NCBI GenBank assembly: GCA_951406725.2
Contig: OX597816.1
Span: 110,422,001 to 110,486,000 of the forward strand
Direction of reading: 5' to 3'
DNA: 64,000 nt
Source of the DNA: Octopus vulgaris
Lineage: Eukaryota
In this document: positions 42,271-54,507 of the stretch, in pieces
How the letters are laid out: every line of letters starts with the position of its first letter
How positions within the stretch are numbered: the first letter of the stretch is position 1
Notes under the pieces: model-generated
Seen by the model: only the letters and a program-made list of their open reading frames with translations
The model's database searches: none
What the model was told of the DNA's origin: nothing
Made by a program: the position numbers and the translations under genes

Positions 42271-43214
42271 GACCGTGTGTGTGTGTTTGTGTGTAAATAT
42301 AAATATATTCACTCCTATCGTCGTGTGCTGTCTGAAGGTAAGAGTAGGTGTGTCCGTTTCATTTATTTTATTTCACATTCGTACCCTCTTGTAACCTGGG
42401 CTCTCTTATTACTACCTAGATTTTATTGAAGTATTTGGAAGCATTCTGCTATTGATCGCTGGTTTGTAATGTAAAATAACATTAACAAGACATAAAGAAA
42501 CACTAAACATTTTTATTGAGATTGTAAGAAGGGGAATTCATTAATCAAATGTTAGCAAAATGCCGGCGCATTTTATATGCCACTGAAATCATCATGGGTA
42601 AATTTTGTTCTGATTCAATATTTTTGATACGAAACATAAAATGAAGTCATCAACTATGAAGTGTCCAAGAATATGATGATACTTGAAATTGAATGTTCAC
42701 GCGAGGATAGTGGTATTTCAGAATATTCATTGCAAAGCAAAACAGATATTAACGATATATATGTGCTTGTGTGTGAGTTTGTATATGCGAGTGTGTGCAT
42801 TTGCCTTAGTGCGTGTGTGAGTATGTGTGTGTTTGTATATGTGTATATTTGTGTGTGCGTTTTACGGTGTTCTCAAATAAGTAATGTCACTGAAATTTTA
42901 TCTAAAATGCACTGTCAAAACACAGAACTGCTTCCTAACTTACTCAATTGAATTTAAGTATATGATATAGGCTTGTTACTATGACCAATATATTGCTAAA
43001 TAACGAACTTAACATAGCGGTCGCAACTGACTTTCTCTTCAAGTGCAGTGGTTAGATTCCACCAATATTTCTTTCTTTGCAAAAACAAATACATATAAGA
43101 ATGCTAAGCTATTCTTTTGCATCCACATGAATGAAATTACATATCGAATACATTTATACCTATATATTTGAGTGTGTGTGTATGTGTGTATATTTGTGTA
43201 TGCCTCTGTGTGAG

Positions 43215-43915
43215 TGTGTAAGCATTTGCTTCTCAACTACATGGGTCCTTATTCAGTCCTACTACGTGGGACCTTGGGCAAGTATATTCTACTATAGGCT
43301 CTGGCTGAAAAAAGCCTATCGTATACACAGTCACACATACACATGTACAGGTATTTATGTATATATTTAAGTGCATGTGTCTTTGTGCCTTTATCCCCAC
43401 CACCATCGTTTGACAACCGATGCTGGTATGTTTATCAAAGAAGCTTGAGAGGCGGTTGGATGGAACCTACACTCGCCTCCTTATGAAAGCTCAAAATCTC
43501 TCGTGGAAGCGCCATCCAACCAAAATGCAAATATATGGGAAACTACCACCTGTGTCATCTCTTGTGAAAGGTAGGAGAGTCCAGTTTGCTGGACATTGTT
43601 GTAGAGCTGAAAAAGAGGTAATTTCTACTCTTCTCCTCTGGAAGCCATCTACTCGCTGTACCAGAGGGCGCACTCTCTCCTACCCTGATGTAATCTCCAG
43701 GGATACAGGCATCCAGCAACAGGACCTCCGTAATGCCATGATGGACCGTGAAGTCTGGCGTAGCATGGTAAATTCCATTGTCTCGACCACGGTCGAACAA
43801 TGATGATGTTTACGTCCCCGTAACTGGAGCCGATTTGTTCGGCTAAAACCCTCTAAGGCGGTGCTCCTATATGGCCACCGTGAAATGCTTGAAACAAGGA
43901 AAAGTATAATAGAAT
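43215..43915 (+). mobile_element. Diverged CORE-like SINE (family of 7706-8124), interrupted by an RTE insertion
   Basis: GACCTTGGGCAAGT head, body ...GACAACCGATGCTGGTATGTTTA|CGTCCCCGTAACT..., and tail AAGGCGGTGCTCC...TGAAACAAG. Confidence 0.85.
43435..43805 (+). mobile_element. Young 5'-truncated RTE-clade LINE with 7 bp TSD
   Basis: Uninterrupted frame SKKLERRLDGTYTRLL...RRVQFAGHCCRA...AMMDREVWRSMV, a (TGA)n tail, and ATGTTTA at 43428-34 and 43806-12. Confidence 0.92.
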
Positions 43916-43990
43916 ATATATATATATATTATATTAAATTACATTTATACATATATATATACATATATATACAGATATATATATATATAC

Positions 43991-44026
<36 letters not shown>

Positions 44027-44028
<2 letters not shown>

Positions 44029-44800
44029 CTGTTCACAATTCAGGGCGAATGAATTTAAGAATTTTCGCAAAATATACTCAACTGAATATATCACTACACC
44101 CCCATATCACCCAAGATCAAAGGGGCAAGCAGAAAGTTTCGTAGCTATATTTAAAAGAGCATTAAAGAAATCAAGAAAGGAGCTAATCGATGACACAGTG
44201 GGACTGAACCCTGAATCATGAGGCTGGTAAGCAAGCTACTTACCACACAGCTACTACTACTCGGTAGTAGCAAAATGAATTGGAAAAAGGACATATATGT
44301 TAAGAGGCGAAAATTGAGAACGCAAGAGACATTTAAACCAGCTAAAAAACAGATATACGGAAAAAATGAAATACACATGGAAGTGTTCTATGACACCCGT
44401 GATGTTACAAAGCCACAAGTAATAGAACCTAGAAGTAGGAGCACAAGAAAGAGGAGCGGAACAGAACGGCTACAAATAGTGCCTAAACGGAAGAGATATT
44501 AAACTTCCCTAGGATGAAAATCTCAAAAAGGAGATGTGATGAAAGAAAAAAAAAACAATAATGACTTCCAAAGCAAGTCAATCTCAAAGGAGGAGATTTT
44601 GTAGAGATAGCCATTGACACGCATGGGAGATTGATAGAATAGACTAGCCAATCTCTTATAAATACTAGTGTATTGGTGGAGATGAAATTGAGGTAGGAAT
44701 CGTTGAGAAGGTGTTTTGGAGTCTCGCGAAATACGTCACGTGAACACATTTATTTTACCTCCACATCGTTAAATTATATATCTAACCTTTGTCTAGTATA
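44027..44800 (+). mobile_element. Gypsy integrase core and C-terminus, polypurine tract and probable 3' LTR start
   Basis: NCSQFRANEFKNF..YSTEYITTPPYHPRSKGQAESFVAIFKRALKK. C-terminus ...RRSTRKR-like...PKRKRY* (44502). PPT AAAGGAGGAGA at 44586-96, then TGT. LTR end not defined. Confidence 0.85.
44195..44256 (-). mobile_element. SINE tRNA head fragment inside the Gypsy integrase
   Basis: CAGTGGGACTGAACCC...AGCAAGCTACTTACCACACAGC matches 8056-8112. Confidence 0.85.
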
Positions 44801-45249
44801 TAAAAATATCCAATCCTATTTTCAGCATGAATCGACAATATGCATTTCTTCTAAAAAAAAATATTTACATATTGTAAGCGCATTACCCTAATTAATTACT
44901 TAACATTACGCATATTCATATCAACTATGCGTAATGACTAAACATCCATTCTTGCTGCACCTTGAAATTTAAAATCGATAAAATCCTGACATTAATTTCA
45001 CATTAAACAAAATACTTGTCATAACACTGAAATAATTCTGCAATACATAGTGTCATATATATCATCGGAACAGAACGCACACAGTCGCTACATGTCATTT
45101 TTAAAAAAGTTTGCAGATTAAAAAACCGAAAATGTAAAAGAAAAGAGAAGACTTAAGAGGGGAATTAGAGTTATGTCCCCTTTGACTGTAAAATCATAAG
45201 GCTGAAAGGATAGTGGCCGAGTGTCACTGAGTACAACTACTACTCAATC

Positions 45250-46730
45250 CGGAAAGAGTGTTACTTGCCAATTCGTCAACAGGAACCTATTCATATGTTT
45301 TCAACTGCTAAAAATTTCAGATCAGCAATTCATCAGTGCATTAGTGTTCTTACATCCGAAAAGAATTTGTACTTTTTAGCTACGCATAGATTACATTTCT
45401 GTGATGATCTGTTGACATGCGATGTGGACTTTTCATCTATTTTCCACTATATTGTAGGTGCCATGATGCTAGGCTTCAAATTTCATACGTGGCTAGCCAA
45501 CTTAATGGCTATACATTTATGCCTGCGTCGGAAGAAAGATATGTAGTTAGCATAGCGATTTTTAAATCGCTTTTACTTAGCCCGACATAGCTCTTCTTCT
45601 CTGTTATGTTATCATCTCGCGTTACTGTAATTTCTGCCTCACATATGATGGATTTAATTATGCATGCCCCAGTTGACAGTTACAACTGACGTTAGGCTCT
45701 TGGTGACATCTGTGTGTAATGATGCATTTTATACTGAGGCAGCAGCTATAAATAATTCAACTAAGCACCTTTCGAAAAAGTTTCTAGGAGAGGCAGGAAC
45801 CTTTTACATATGTTGGTTTTAGCATTAAGAGTAATTGGGGAGGCGTACCAAGTTATTTGCCTAGGTCAATTTGTATTATTCATATCATTATTAGAGAGAT
45901 TATATATTAATTTTGCCTTAAATCCACTATTTGTTAGGGCATTGTAGCAGTAGGTGGCTGCCTTCTCGAAAATGCTTTCAGAGGAAAAATGGTTAGATAC
46001 ACGGTTACTAATGTTGTCTATCAGATTGATATATACTATGGGTGGGGGCGACAGGATTCTTTGTGTATATAGGAAAGTTCCACGTTGGGCTTATGGTCAG
46101 GTTTATAAGAGGGAGAGTTTACCTCTAGGGAAACATGTAAGGAATAGACTTTAGACAGATTAGTAGCGACTGTGATTTTAAAGCCTACTTGACTAAAGGT
46201 AGATGTAAGTTGTTAACCTAAATTTATCTAGGGTATGACCGTCACAGTCATGTGGAATACCGAATATATCAGTACTGTGATACGATACATCAAACAATTC
46301 ATCATAATCGGAATTTTCTTACCTATGTTGTGTCCCTATTAAACAGTAGTGTTTTTCTCATATGCATGATAAAGTCTAGGTCTACAGTGTCTACAGAAAC
46401 ATATGATTTAGCAAACTCGATGACTTTATGAGAAGCGATCTCGATATGGAGGGATAAAAATGACTATTCCATTCCAGGTAGATTTCAAGAATAAAATATA
46501 TCCTTGATTGTCATGAACAAACAGAAAAACCGATTATTGTGAATTGTTACCAACGACAAAAATGGAAGTCGGCAATTCTCTATAAAATTTCAGCTCACTA
46601 TTGCAAAGTATTTTGCCCAAATTAGAACAACTATTATACTACGCCATATAGTAAACCATTCTATACTAAATCGAAGCATGGTGATGGCAAATTCGTTTTC
46701 GGTTCGGAAAATGACCTTGCATTATTCATT
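45250..46730 (-). mobile_element. Decayed Naiad-type Penelope-like element (RT plus C-terminal GIY-YIG)
   Basis: FYPSIS..VIEFAKSY..IMHMRKTLLF; ELFDV; VGFKITVATNL...YKPDHKPN.ELSYIHKES; FEKAATY.YNALTNSGF; IYSC; CIIKSII.EA..KSYVGL..FKNRYAN..WKI..KCNLC..LMNC*SEIFSS*KHMNRFLL. The RT core appears internally deleted. Confidence 0.85.
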
Positions 46731-46759
46731 CTGGTTCTTTATATTTATATGCTTAGATC

Positions 46760-46972
46760 TTTTTTCTTCTTCTTGTTACAGCATTCACCCGGGGTGGGTT
46801 GAGCTGGCTTCATTCATCCTCAATGCTGCATTTCTCACAAACGCCGACCAGGCCTGACGATTTGAGGCTAACGACTGCGTGATCTCCAACCACTCCTTAT
46901 TCCAGCGGCGAACGCCGTAGATATGATGGCCTAAGTTGGGTTCCAGATCAGCCTTGACTGTCATCAGCCAAG
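46760..46972 (-). mobile_element. 5'-truncated RTE LINE 3' end with 11 bp TSD
   Basis: WLMTVKADLEP...YGVRRWNKEWLEITQSLASNRQAWSAFVR...STHPG*, a (GAA)n tail, and ATGCTTAGATC at 46749-59 and 46973-83. Confidence 0.9.
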
Positions 46973-48754
46973 ATGCTTAGATCAAATCCTACCGGGTTCG
47001 ATATAATACTTTCGACAGGTAAAATTAAAATATTAGCCAACTACCGTGCTCAATCGACGGAATCTAATTCTATCCGTTTTTTTATATATGACCTTTTGCT
47101 TAACACAGTAAATCAAACCCACTACTTTTCCGCAATGTTACAGAAATATTTAATGGCTTACTCAAGGGTAAACAAATTGCATATTATAACCAAGTTGAAA
47201 ATAATTCTTCTGCTTAATCCCATTTTCATTTGGTGGATAAGAATTAATTTACAAAAATTTCTTCGGTTGTATTAATTAATATTCCCGTTAACGTTCTTAC
47301 ATTTATTGTTGATTTTTACTTTCTGGATAAAAAAGAAATAAGGAAATTTAAATCCATATTTTTAATTATCTAATTGCGAAGAATATCTCCTGGCATTTTG
47401 GAAAGAAAACATTCTCTCAGAATATATTAAGTTAATCAAATAAATATGTTGTCATGGATGTATTAGTTTCTTTTTAATGTTGAGAAGGTTCATTTATGAG
47501 AAAAATACAGTTTCAGAAAGTTCGTGAATTTAAATGAAATAGTAAATTGATTTATTAAAGTGCCAGTTTTTGGATTGATGGTTATGAAGTTGCATCATGA
47601 CGTAGGTGTTATGTTATATTGCCTTTAGCAAATGCGCTTCATTATCGTTCACTTGGTTGAATGTAAATCATAAAATGAAACAAACATAAGAGACAATCGT
47701 CCATCTGCCAAAATTTGAAATTCGCAAATTATACTTTATCAACTGTGTCACGACGACTTGCATTATTTTAAAGTCGAAGTTGTTGTTTACTTTTCCACTT
47801 GCACACGACATGAAAACTCGTTAGATATTAAATGAATGGATATGTTGGGGAATTTAGGATACGAACAATCTTTATAGTATAAATGGACAGAAAAATGCGT
47901 GCCGTCTATAAAATTATAAGTAGCATATATATCGGCTTTAAAGCATATATATCGGCTTTAAACATCACACGCCATCTAAATGTTTGACCTTCTTTTGCAT
48001 ACATATTTATCGCCTAATCTAAAGTTTTGGGTTTGTAGAGTCCCATTATGTGTTGATGTATTGTAATGTTCTGCCCATTGAAACCTTTCAATTAAAAGTG
48101 CCTACATAGTTTATTAAGAAACGCTTTTATATTTACGAGGTAGCACATTGAAATAACGCCCGAGCCAAACAAAACCTGTTACCGAGGTACAAAATAACAC
48201 GCTAAAGATTTCTAAAACATCGACTACCCTGTAGAAGAAAGGCATATGTTATTATGATGATATTTCTATAAATATTGTCTTCTTGAAACAAAAGTGGTAG
48301 AACTATTGTTCGTTACTCATGTGAACAAGATCCTCTCATCTCGATATTTTGAGCTTGTATTTTATCCAAATCGCTTCCAGTTTCTCGTATTACTTGACGT
48401 AATTCACCTGTAATCATAATCGTATGACTCAGAAATTCAATTACTGTATATTATACTGTAGACGCAACAGAGTGAAAATATTTCATTGGAATCATTTAAC
48501 ACGGCCGATTGTAACTGTCTGATAATTTCAAACTCCTTTTTTATAATGTTTTAATGACGAAGCAGACACCCTACAATTTTATCAATTATGTATACCCACG
48601 CAGGTGCTTTCATTCACTGGGCGCATTTAGATTCAGGGAAAATGATAACAGCGTTTCGGTGAGAGGCTAATCAAGATAAAAGTGTATCCATTACAGATAC
48701 TGACATGTGTAAGTATATATCTCTTATAAACGTATATACATACATACATCTATA

Positions 48755-49632
48755 CACGAGGTCTGATAAATAAGTAACAGCAGTGTTACCATAATAATGA
48801 AGCTAAAGCACGCAGAGTAAAGCCACTTGGCACAGTCACGTTGAACATTGTTGTACATATTCACTAAGTTTTAACGTTCTACCTTTTGCAGCAGTGCTCG
48901 GAAGGAAGGAGCGTGATCGTCGCATTGACCATTACAGAGAAAATTGTCATGACGATGCCTGCTCCAAAGTCTACGTAAGGTTGCAGAATGTCTATGGAGC
49001 GGGGTGTATGAGCTGCACACAAGTGTATAAGTGGTTCAAACATTTCCAAGATTACCGAAAAAATGTCGATATTGACGAACGTTCTGTGATAGATGCGACC
49101 AACATAACTGAGAAAACATCACAGATGTGCGTGCAGATGTGAGGGGAAATCGTCGAATCCCCATTCGTGAGTTATCAGAGGATGTACAGATTAGTTACGG
49201 TTCGGTTCAGTCCATTATCACTGATGATGTGGGTATGAGACGCATGTCTGCAAAGTTCGTGCCAAATCTGCTTTCAGCTGACCAAACAGACACTCGGGTT
49301 TCACTTTCACTAGATCTCCTTGATTGCGTCGGGGTCAATGAAAACTTTTTGAAAACTTTGCGTAGGCCTCTGAGCAGATACTGCCAAGATTACAGCAAAC
49401 TTTTACGCAGATTCCATGCTCAGCTTTCTCTATCATTGTCAATGCGACGGTTACACGCTACACACCTTCCTTCCAAACATTGTTGTAAACAGCAGAAGTG
49501 ATCTTGATCGTAAAAACATTGTGCACACGCACAACCAGGTGAAAGGTCTATCTGAGCCAAGTGGCTGTACACTACGTGCTTCAGCTTCGTTACAAGGGGA
49601 ACAGTCCCGATACTTATTGATCAAAGCTTATA
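48755..49632 (+). mobile_element. Non-autonomous mariner derivative with long inverted ends
   Basis: HTH remnants VYGAGCMSCTQVYKWFKHF and NRRIPIRELSE...MRRMSAKFVPNLL. No DDD domain. The right ~270 bp is an inverted copy of the left end. TA flanks. Confidence 0.88.
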
Positions 49633-49677
49633 TATATACATATACATACATACATGCATACATACATACATACATAA

Positions 49678-49761
<84 letters not shown>

Positions 49762-49762
<1 letters not shown>

Positions 49763-49810
49763 TAGCAAAGAGATATCCGACCTTGCTCGGGAATAAAATG
49801 GCATAAATTT
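49762..49810 (-). mobile_element. Helitron 3' terminus
   Basis: Minus strand reads CCCGAGCAAGGTCGG hairpin, an 11 nt spacer, then CTAG|T. The element probably continues after the CR1 at ~51323. Confidence 0.75.
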
Positions 49811-49822
49811 TTATTTATTTAT

Positions 49823-51322
49823 TTAGTTAGTTAGTTAGTTAGTCCGCAACCCGGACGGAGAAAGCTCCTCTCCTTCGATTGAGATGAAATCGTCGCAGGT
49901 AGAGCTTTTCGGAATGACCCCGCAGCCGACGCTCTGGAGCAGGAGTGAAGAACATCTCTTTCAAGAGGTTACACTTTCCGCTTATGATGCTGTGGGCGAG
50001 AATGAGATCACCACGGCGACGGCGTTTTTCTAGAGAATAAAGGTCGAGCGTCCTCAGCCTTTCTTCATAGGACAAATTTTTGAGACCATGAATCATGCGG
50101 GTAGCCAGCTTCTGGACTCTTTCGAGATGCTGTATGTCTTTGAGGAGATAAGGAGAAGAGGCTTGAATCCCGTATTCCAATATGGGTCTCACCAGCGTGA
50201 CATAGAGTGGTAGGAATATGGCTGCTGTGAGCAGCCATAGAACAGAATCCCGCGTGCTTTGTTGGCAGCATGGACGCACTGGGCCGAAGGCGAAAAGGAG
50301 GAATCCACCAAGATACCCAGGTCCTTTACCTGATCGGTCCTCTCCAGCAGCAGACGACCCGGCTCGAAATCAAGTTGAGTTGCAGGAGGAGAGCCAACAG
50401 GCAGATGACAGCACTTTGACACTTCAGACACAGGTCCCATTCGTTAGACCACCTCCAAATTTGGTGGAGGCATCGACGAAGATCCTCTATATCACCGCGA
50501 GGAGCAACCAGTTTGACATCGTCGGCAAATAGAAGGGTGTGTTGCGTGAGGTCGTCGGGCAAGTCATTTATGAAGACTAAGAACAATAAGGGCCCAAGCA
50601 CTGAACCTTGAGGCACGCCACTGCTCGCACTGGAGACGTCGGACCGCGAACCATTAACTTGAACTTGGAAGGAGCGATCTGAGAGGATGGCACCAACCCA
50701 TCGTACAATATCCGGATGGAAACTATATGCTTGAAGCTTGACAAGTAATAGGCGGTGGTTTATCGAGTCAAAAGCTTTGGCAAAGTCCAATAAAACGATG
50801 TCAACAGCATCACTATCATCGAGGATGCGCGTCACCAATTCTTCCATTACCAGTAAGTTGGTCAAGCATGATCTCTTCGGCACGAAGCCGTGTTGGGAAT
50901 CAGAGATGGAGGCTGTGTTTTGGAGGTGGAGCATCATACTTTTATTAAGGATGGTTTCGAACATCTTGCTGATTATTGATGTAAGGGAAGCCGGTCGGTA
51001 GTTAAGCGGGTCTTCGCGGCTCCCTTTCTTGAAAATTGGGCAGATTATCGCTGTTCTCCAGTCCGCAGGTATAACACCTGTCGCCAATGACATATTGAAT
51101 AGACGTGTTAAGGGCTCGCAGATGACCGGAGCCAACGCTTTGATAACCCGTGGGTGTAAGCCGTCAGGGCCGTGACCCTTGTTGACATCGAGGCCTTGAA
51201 TAACACGTTTGACTTCGTCCCGCGTGATGACCAATCGAAGCATTGGAGGTGCCGATCTATCAAATGGAGGGGGTTTACGACCGTCATCTTATTTGAAAAT
51301 AGTTGAAAAAGCCTCGGCAAGT
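49823..51322 (-). mobile_element. CR1-clade LINE RT fragment (two frameshifts)
   Basis: GPDGLHPR, NYRPASLTS, QHGF..KRSCLTNL, LDFAKAFDS, GVPQGSVLGPLLFL.FINDL, FADDVKL, LVRPILEY, LSYEERL..L.LYSLE.RR.RGDLI, RGHS.KL. GC-rich relative to the background. Confidence 0.95.
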
Positions 51323-52621
51323 TTTACTTGTTTCTATATATAACTATATTCTTGTTTTATAATAAAATTGCATTCTACAGTAATATAGTTTAACCCCTCA
51401 GATTAATGGAAAATTGTTTTTTTTGTAACAAACCATACACGCACAGACACGTACACACATGTATATGGCAAACATGATTACGATTCAGTTAAATAAGGTA
51501 CTTAAGTCGATGCCATACTTTAGTCCGGTATTAACCGCAAAGATCGAAGTAAGATGAATAAAAAGCAAATAAGTGACAAGGACGTCAAAGTATTAATGTA
51601 ATAGAGCCGTTTCAGGCGGCTCCATTTAATCGAACCATGCAAAGATTTCATCAATTTGAAGTACAGCGCCATGTTCAGTTGCAAAATACAAAAAATTTAA
51701 GTCAGGATATTCCATTATAATTCAATTCAAAACAATATAAATAGTATCCGTAAGATTGCATATCAAGTTTCAATACAATTGACTGATATCTTGCGGTTCC
51801 GCATTGACTATAATGAGAACGGGACTGTTAACGTTTCTCCAGTGCGGCTGCAACGGTCAATGCGTGTGGACGAACGTCGTACATGTGTGAAGTTTTCTGC
51901 TTTTTTACCTTGAATTTCGGCCATTGTATTAAAATTAATGATCATGTAAAATTTAGTGTTGTTTACATTTAATGTTGTTTGCATTTAGTGATGACTCATA
52001 AGCCAATAATTCGTCATTATATTGAATGTCCAAAATTTGGTGCTCCATGTGATCTTAGTGAGCGTGTTTTCCCAACTTACATGGATGTACTAAAATGTGT
52101 TTTATTTGAACGAGAAAAAAAATTAATGTAGTCAAGAAACATCCTTCAATTAAACAAACTATCAAGATTGTAGAAGAAAAGATAATTCTTCTTTCGCAAA
52201 AGACATCCATCCGTTGTCTTTACGATCGAGTCAGTTAAACCGAAAATCTTAAATTTTTATCTGAAGTACCAAGCATCACTAAAATCTGTGGAAAATAGAC
52301 ATAAATTTGTGCCATCGTTTCAAAGAAAGTGTAATGTATTTAAAAACAATGCAACAAAAATTTACTTGACAGTTCCTGTTGCAAGTGCAACTCCTTTAAA
52401 GGCTACAGTTGTTGTAGAGGCAAAAAGGTACCACAGAGAGAACAAGATGTTTTACAGTATCAACGGACAAATCTAAAACGATCATTGGCGGAATAGATCA
52501 AGAAGTATCTAAACAGAACGTTCAGAGTACATTATTTATATTATTTACATTTGACGGATATCTATTAAGCAACAACTACAAAAACATACTATTATTATTA
52601 TCATTATTATTATTATTGTTA

Positions 52622-52818
<197 letters not shown>

Positions 52819-53028
52819 CAGACAAATACATAACAAAAACACCAGGACTTACAAACACATATAACATACAGAAAATTGCACTACTAGGCACTGCCCACAT
52901 CCTACGCAGAACACTTTCCATACAATAACCATCAGAGCATCACAACAAATCACAGCACCTACCCAAGGCACACAGAGCTGCGCTCGGTAGTGAAGTGAAA
53001 GCACGCTGTAAAAATAAAAATAAAACTA

Positions 53029-53031
<3 letters not shown>
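52819..53031 (+). mobile_element. Young Dong/R4 LINE 3' end inserted in (TAA)n
   Basis: DKYITKTPGLTNTYNIQKIALLGTAHILRRTLSIQ* plus 3' UTR, with (AAT)n on both sides. Confidence 0.9.
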
Positions 53032-53062
<31 letters not shown>

Positions 53063-53127
53063 GTAACAGCAACAACAACATCTAAAACTACCTTAGGAAT
53101 GAGAACCCAGGTTTGCAATTTCCTCAA

Positions 53128-53173
53128 GACACCTGATGAAGGCTGGAGCGTATATCAGCCGAAAATTTGTGTT
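53128..53173 (+). ncRNA. Minimal type I hammerhead ribozyme, canonical core
   Basis: GACAC-CTGATGA-A-GGCTG-(10 nt)-CAGCC-GAAA-ATT-T-GTGTT. Confidence 0.8.
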
Positions 53174-53892
53174 AACAACAAAGATGAGGACAAATACCCG
53201 TAAAATTTAAATAATGTAAATAATGTAGATAATTCCTCATCTCTTAAATATATAACTGTATAATTCCTCTTCTTTCAAATATAGAACTGTAAGAACGTTC
53301 AGAGGTTGATTAGAAAGAATCGGGCAGATCGTAGTCGCCCTTCTATGTCAGCAAAGATTTTCGGTTTAACTCACTCAATCGTAACACAAGGGTTAGATGA
53401 CTTTCGTCAAAGAAGAATTACTTTTCCTGCTACAATATTCACAATTTGTTTAATTTACTTTAATGTGTGTGTAATCTAGACATCATGTAACACATATATT
53501 CGGTGACCTAGTATTAAAAATGATAAAGAAAACAAAATCGCAAAGTCTGTTTGTTTCACATAATTTCAAAATTTCAAGTACGTTGCGGAGCCTGAAGCTA
53601 TAAATTTTAAGAGCTTAAAACTGTAACACTGTTGTTTTGAAATGATTGCGCACAGGAAAATTGATTCCTAACCATGAATGTAAAAGCAAAATGAGCAACG
53701 GCAAATATAAATTGATTTTTCGGTCATCATTCAAAATTTCAAGTGGCTGCGAAGCCTGAACATGGAAATTTAAGAACTTCAGATTTTAAAAAAATATATT
53801 CTGAAAAACATATTTCGAAGATCTGTGCAAAGTGAACCTTTTTCGCTCCACCCTAATATATATCATTATACATATGTACGTACCTATGAATG

Positions 53893-53895
<3 letters not shown>

Positions 53896-53926
<31 letters not shown>

Positions 53927-54040
53927 TGTATGTATGTATGTATGTATGTATGTATGTATGTATGTATGTATGTGTGTATGTATGTATGTACTTATGTATG
54001 TATGTATGTAGGTAGGTATGTATGTATGCATGTATGTATA
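53896..54040. repeat. (TATG)n microsatellite
   Basis: Directly visible. Confidence 0.95.
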
Positions 54041-54090
54041 GTTTCTACATTTGAGTGATGAGGTATTATGTACATTATTTACATTTCACG

Positions 54091-54507
54091 GATGTTATCG
54101 ATGACCTCCTCATCTGAAAGCTATGTGTCTTATATAAGACACAATTATATTTACAATTGGAATAATTAATTGCATTTTTACCAGTTGGTTTCTGAAGAAC
54201 AAATCCAGGTAGCGAACCGGCGTAATCGATGGTTCAATGAATAACACATCTCTCAGTACTTGCTTAAACTCAGCAACCTGAGATATAATCACACCAAAGT
54301 TAATTGTGTTATTCATCCCTTCAGGTAGCGATAGAAACATACTATTTGAGGCAATGTCGTTGTTGGTAATGTTTGTGAGTCGGGCTTGTCCAATCACAAA
54401 ATGTCAAGCAGATATTGAGAGGAGAATACAGTTAATTATTGCAATTGTAAATATAATTGTGTCTTAAATAACACACATAGCTTTGAGAGGAATTCTTCGA
54501 TAATATC
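54091..54507. repeat. Foldback: ~85 bp inverted arms around a ~245 bp spacer
   Basis: AAAGCTATGTGTCTTATATAAGACACAATTATATTTACAATTGGAATAATTAA (54117-) versus the reverse complement of 54424-54484. Confidence 0.85.

Noticed and set aside
47922-47962. 20 bp tandem duplication AGCATATATATCGGCTTTAA
   Set aside because: Ordinary slippage duplication with no further structure.
49823-49842. (TTAG)n as an interstitial telomere
   Set aside because: It is not TTAGGG or TTAGG, and is better explained as slippage at the LINE junction.
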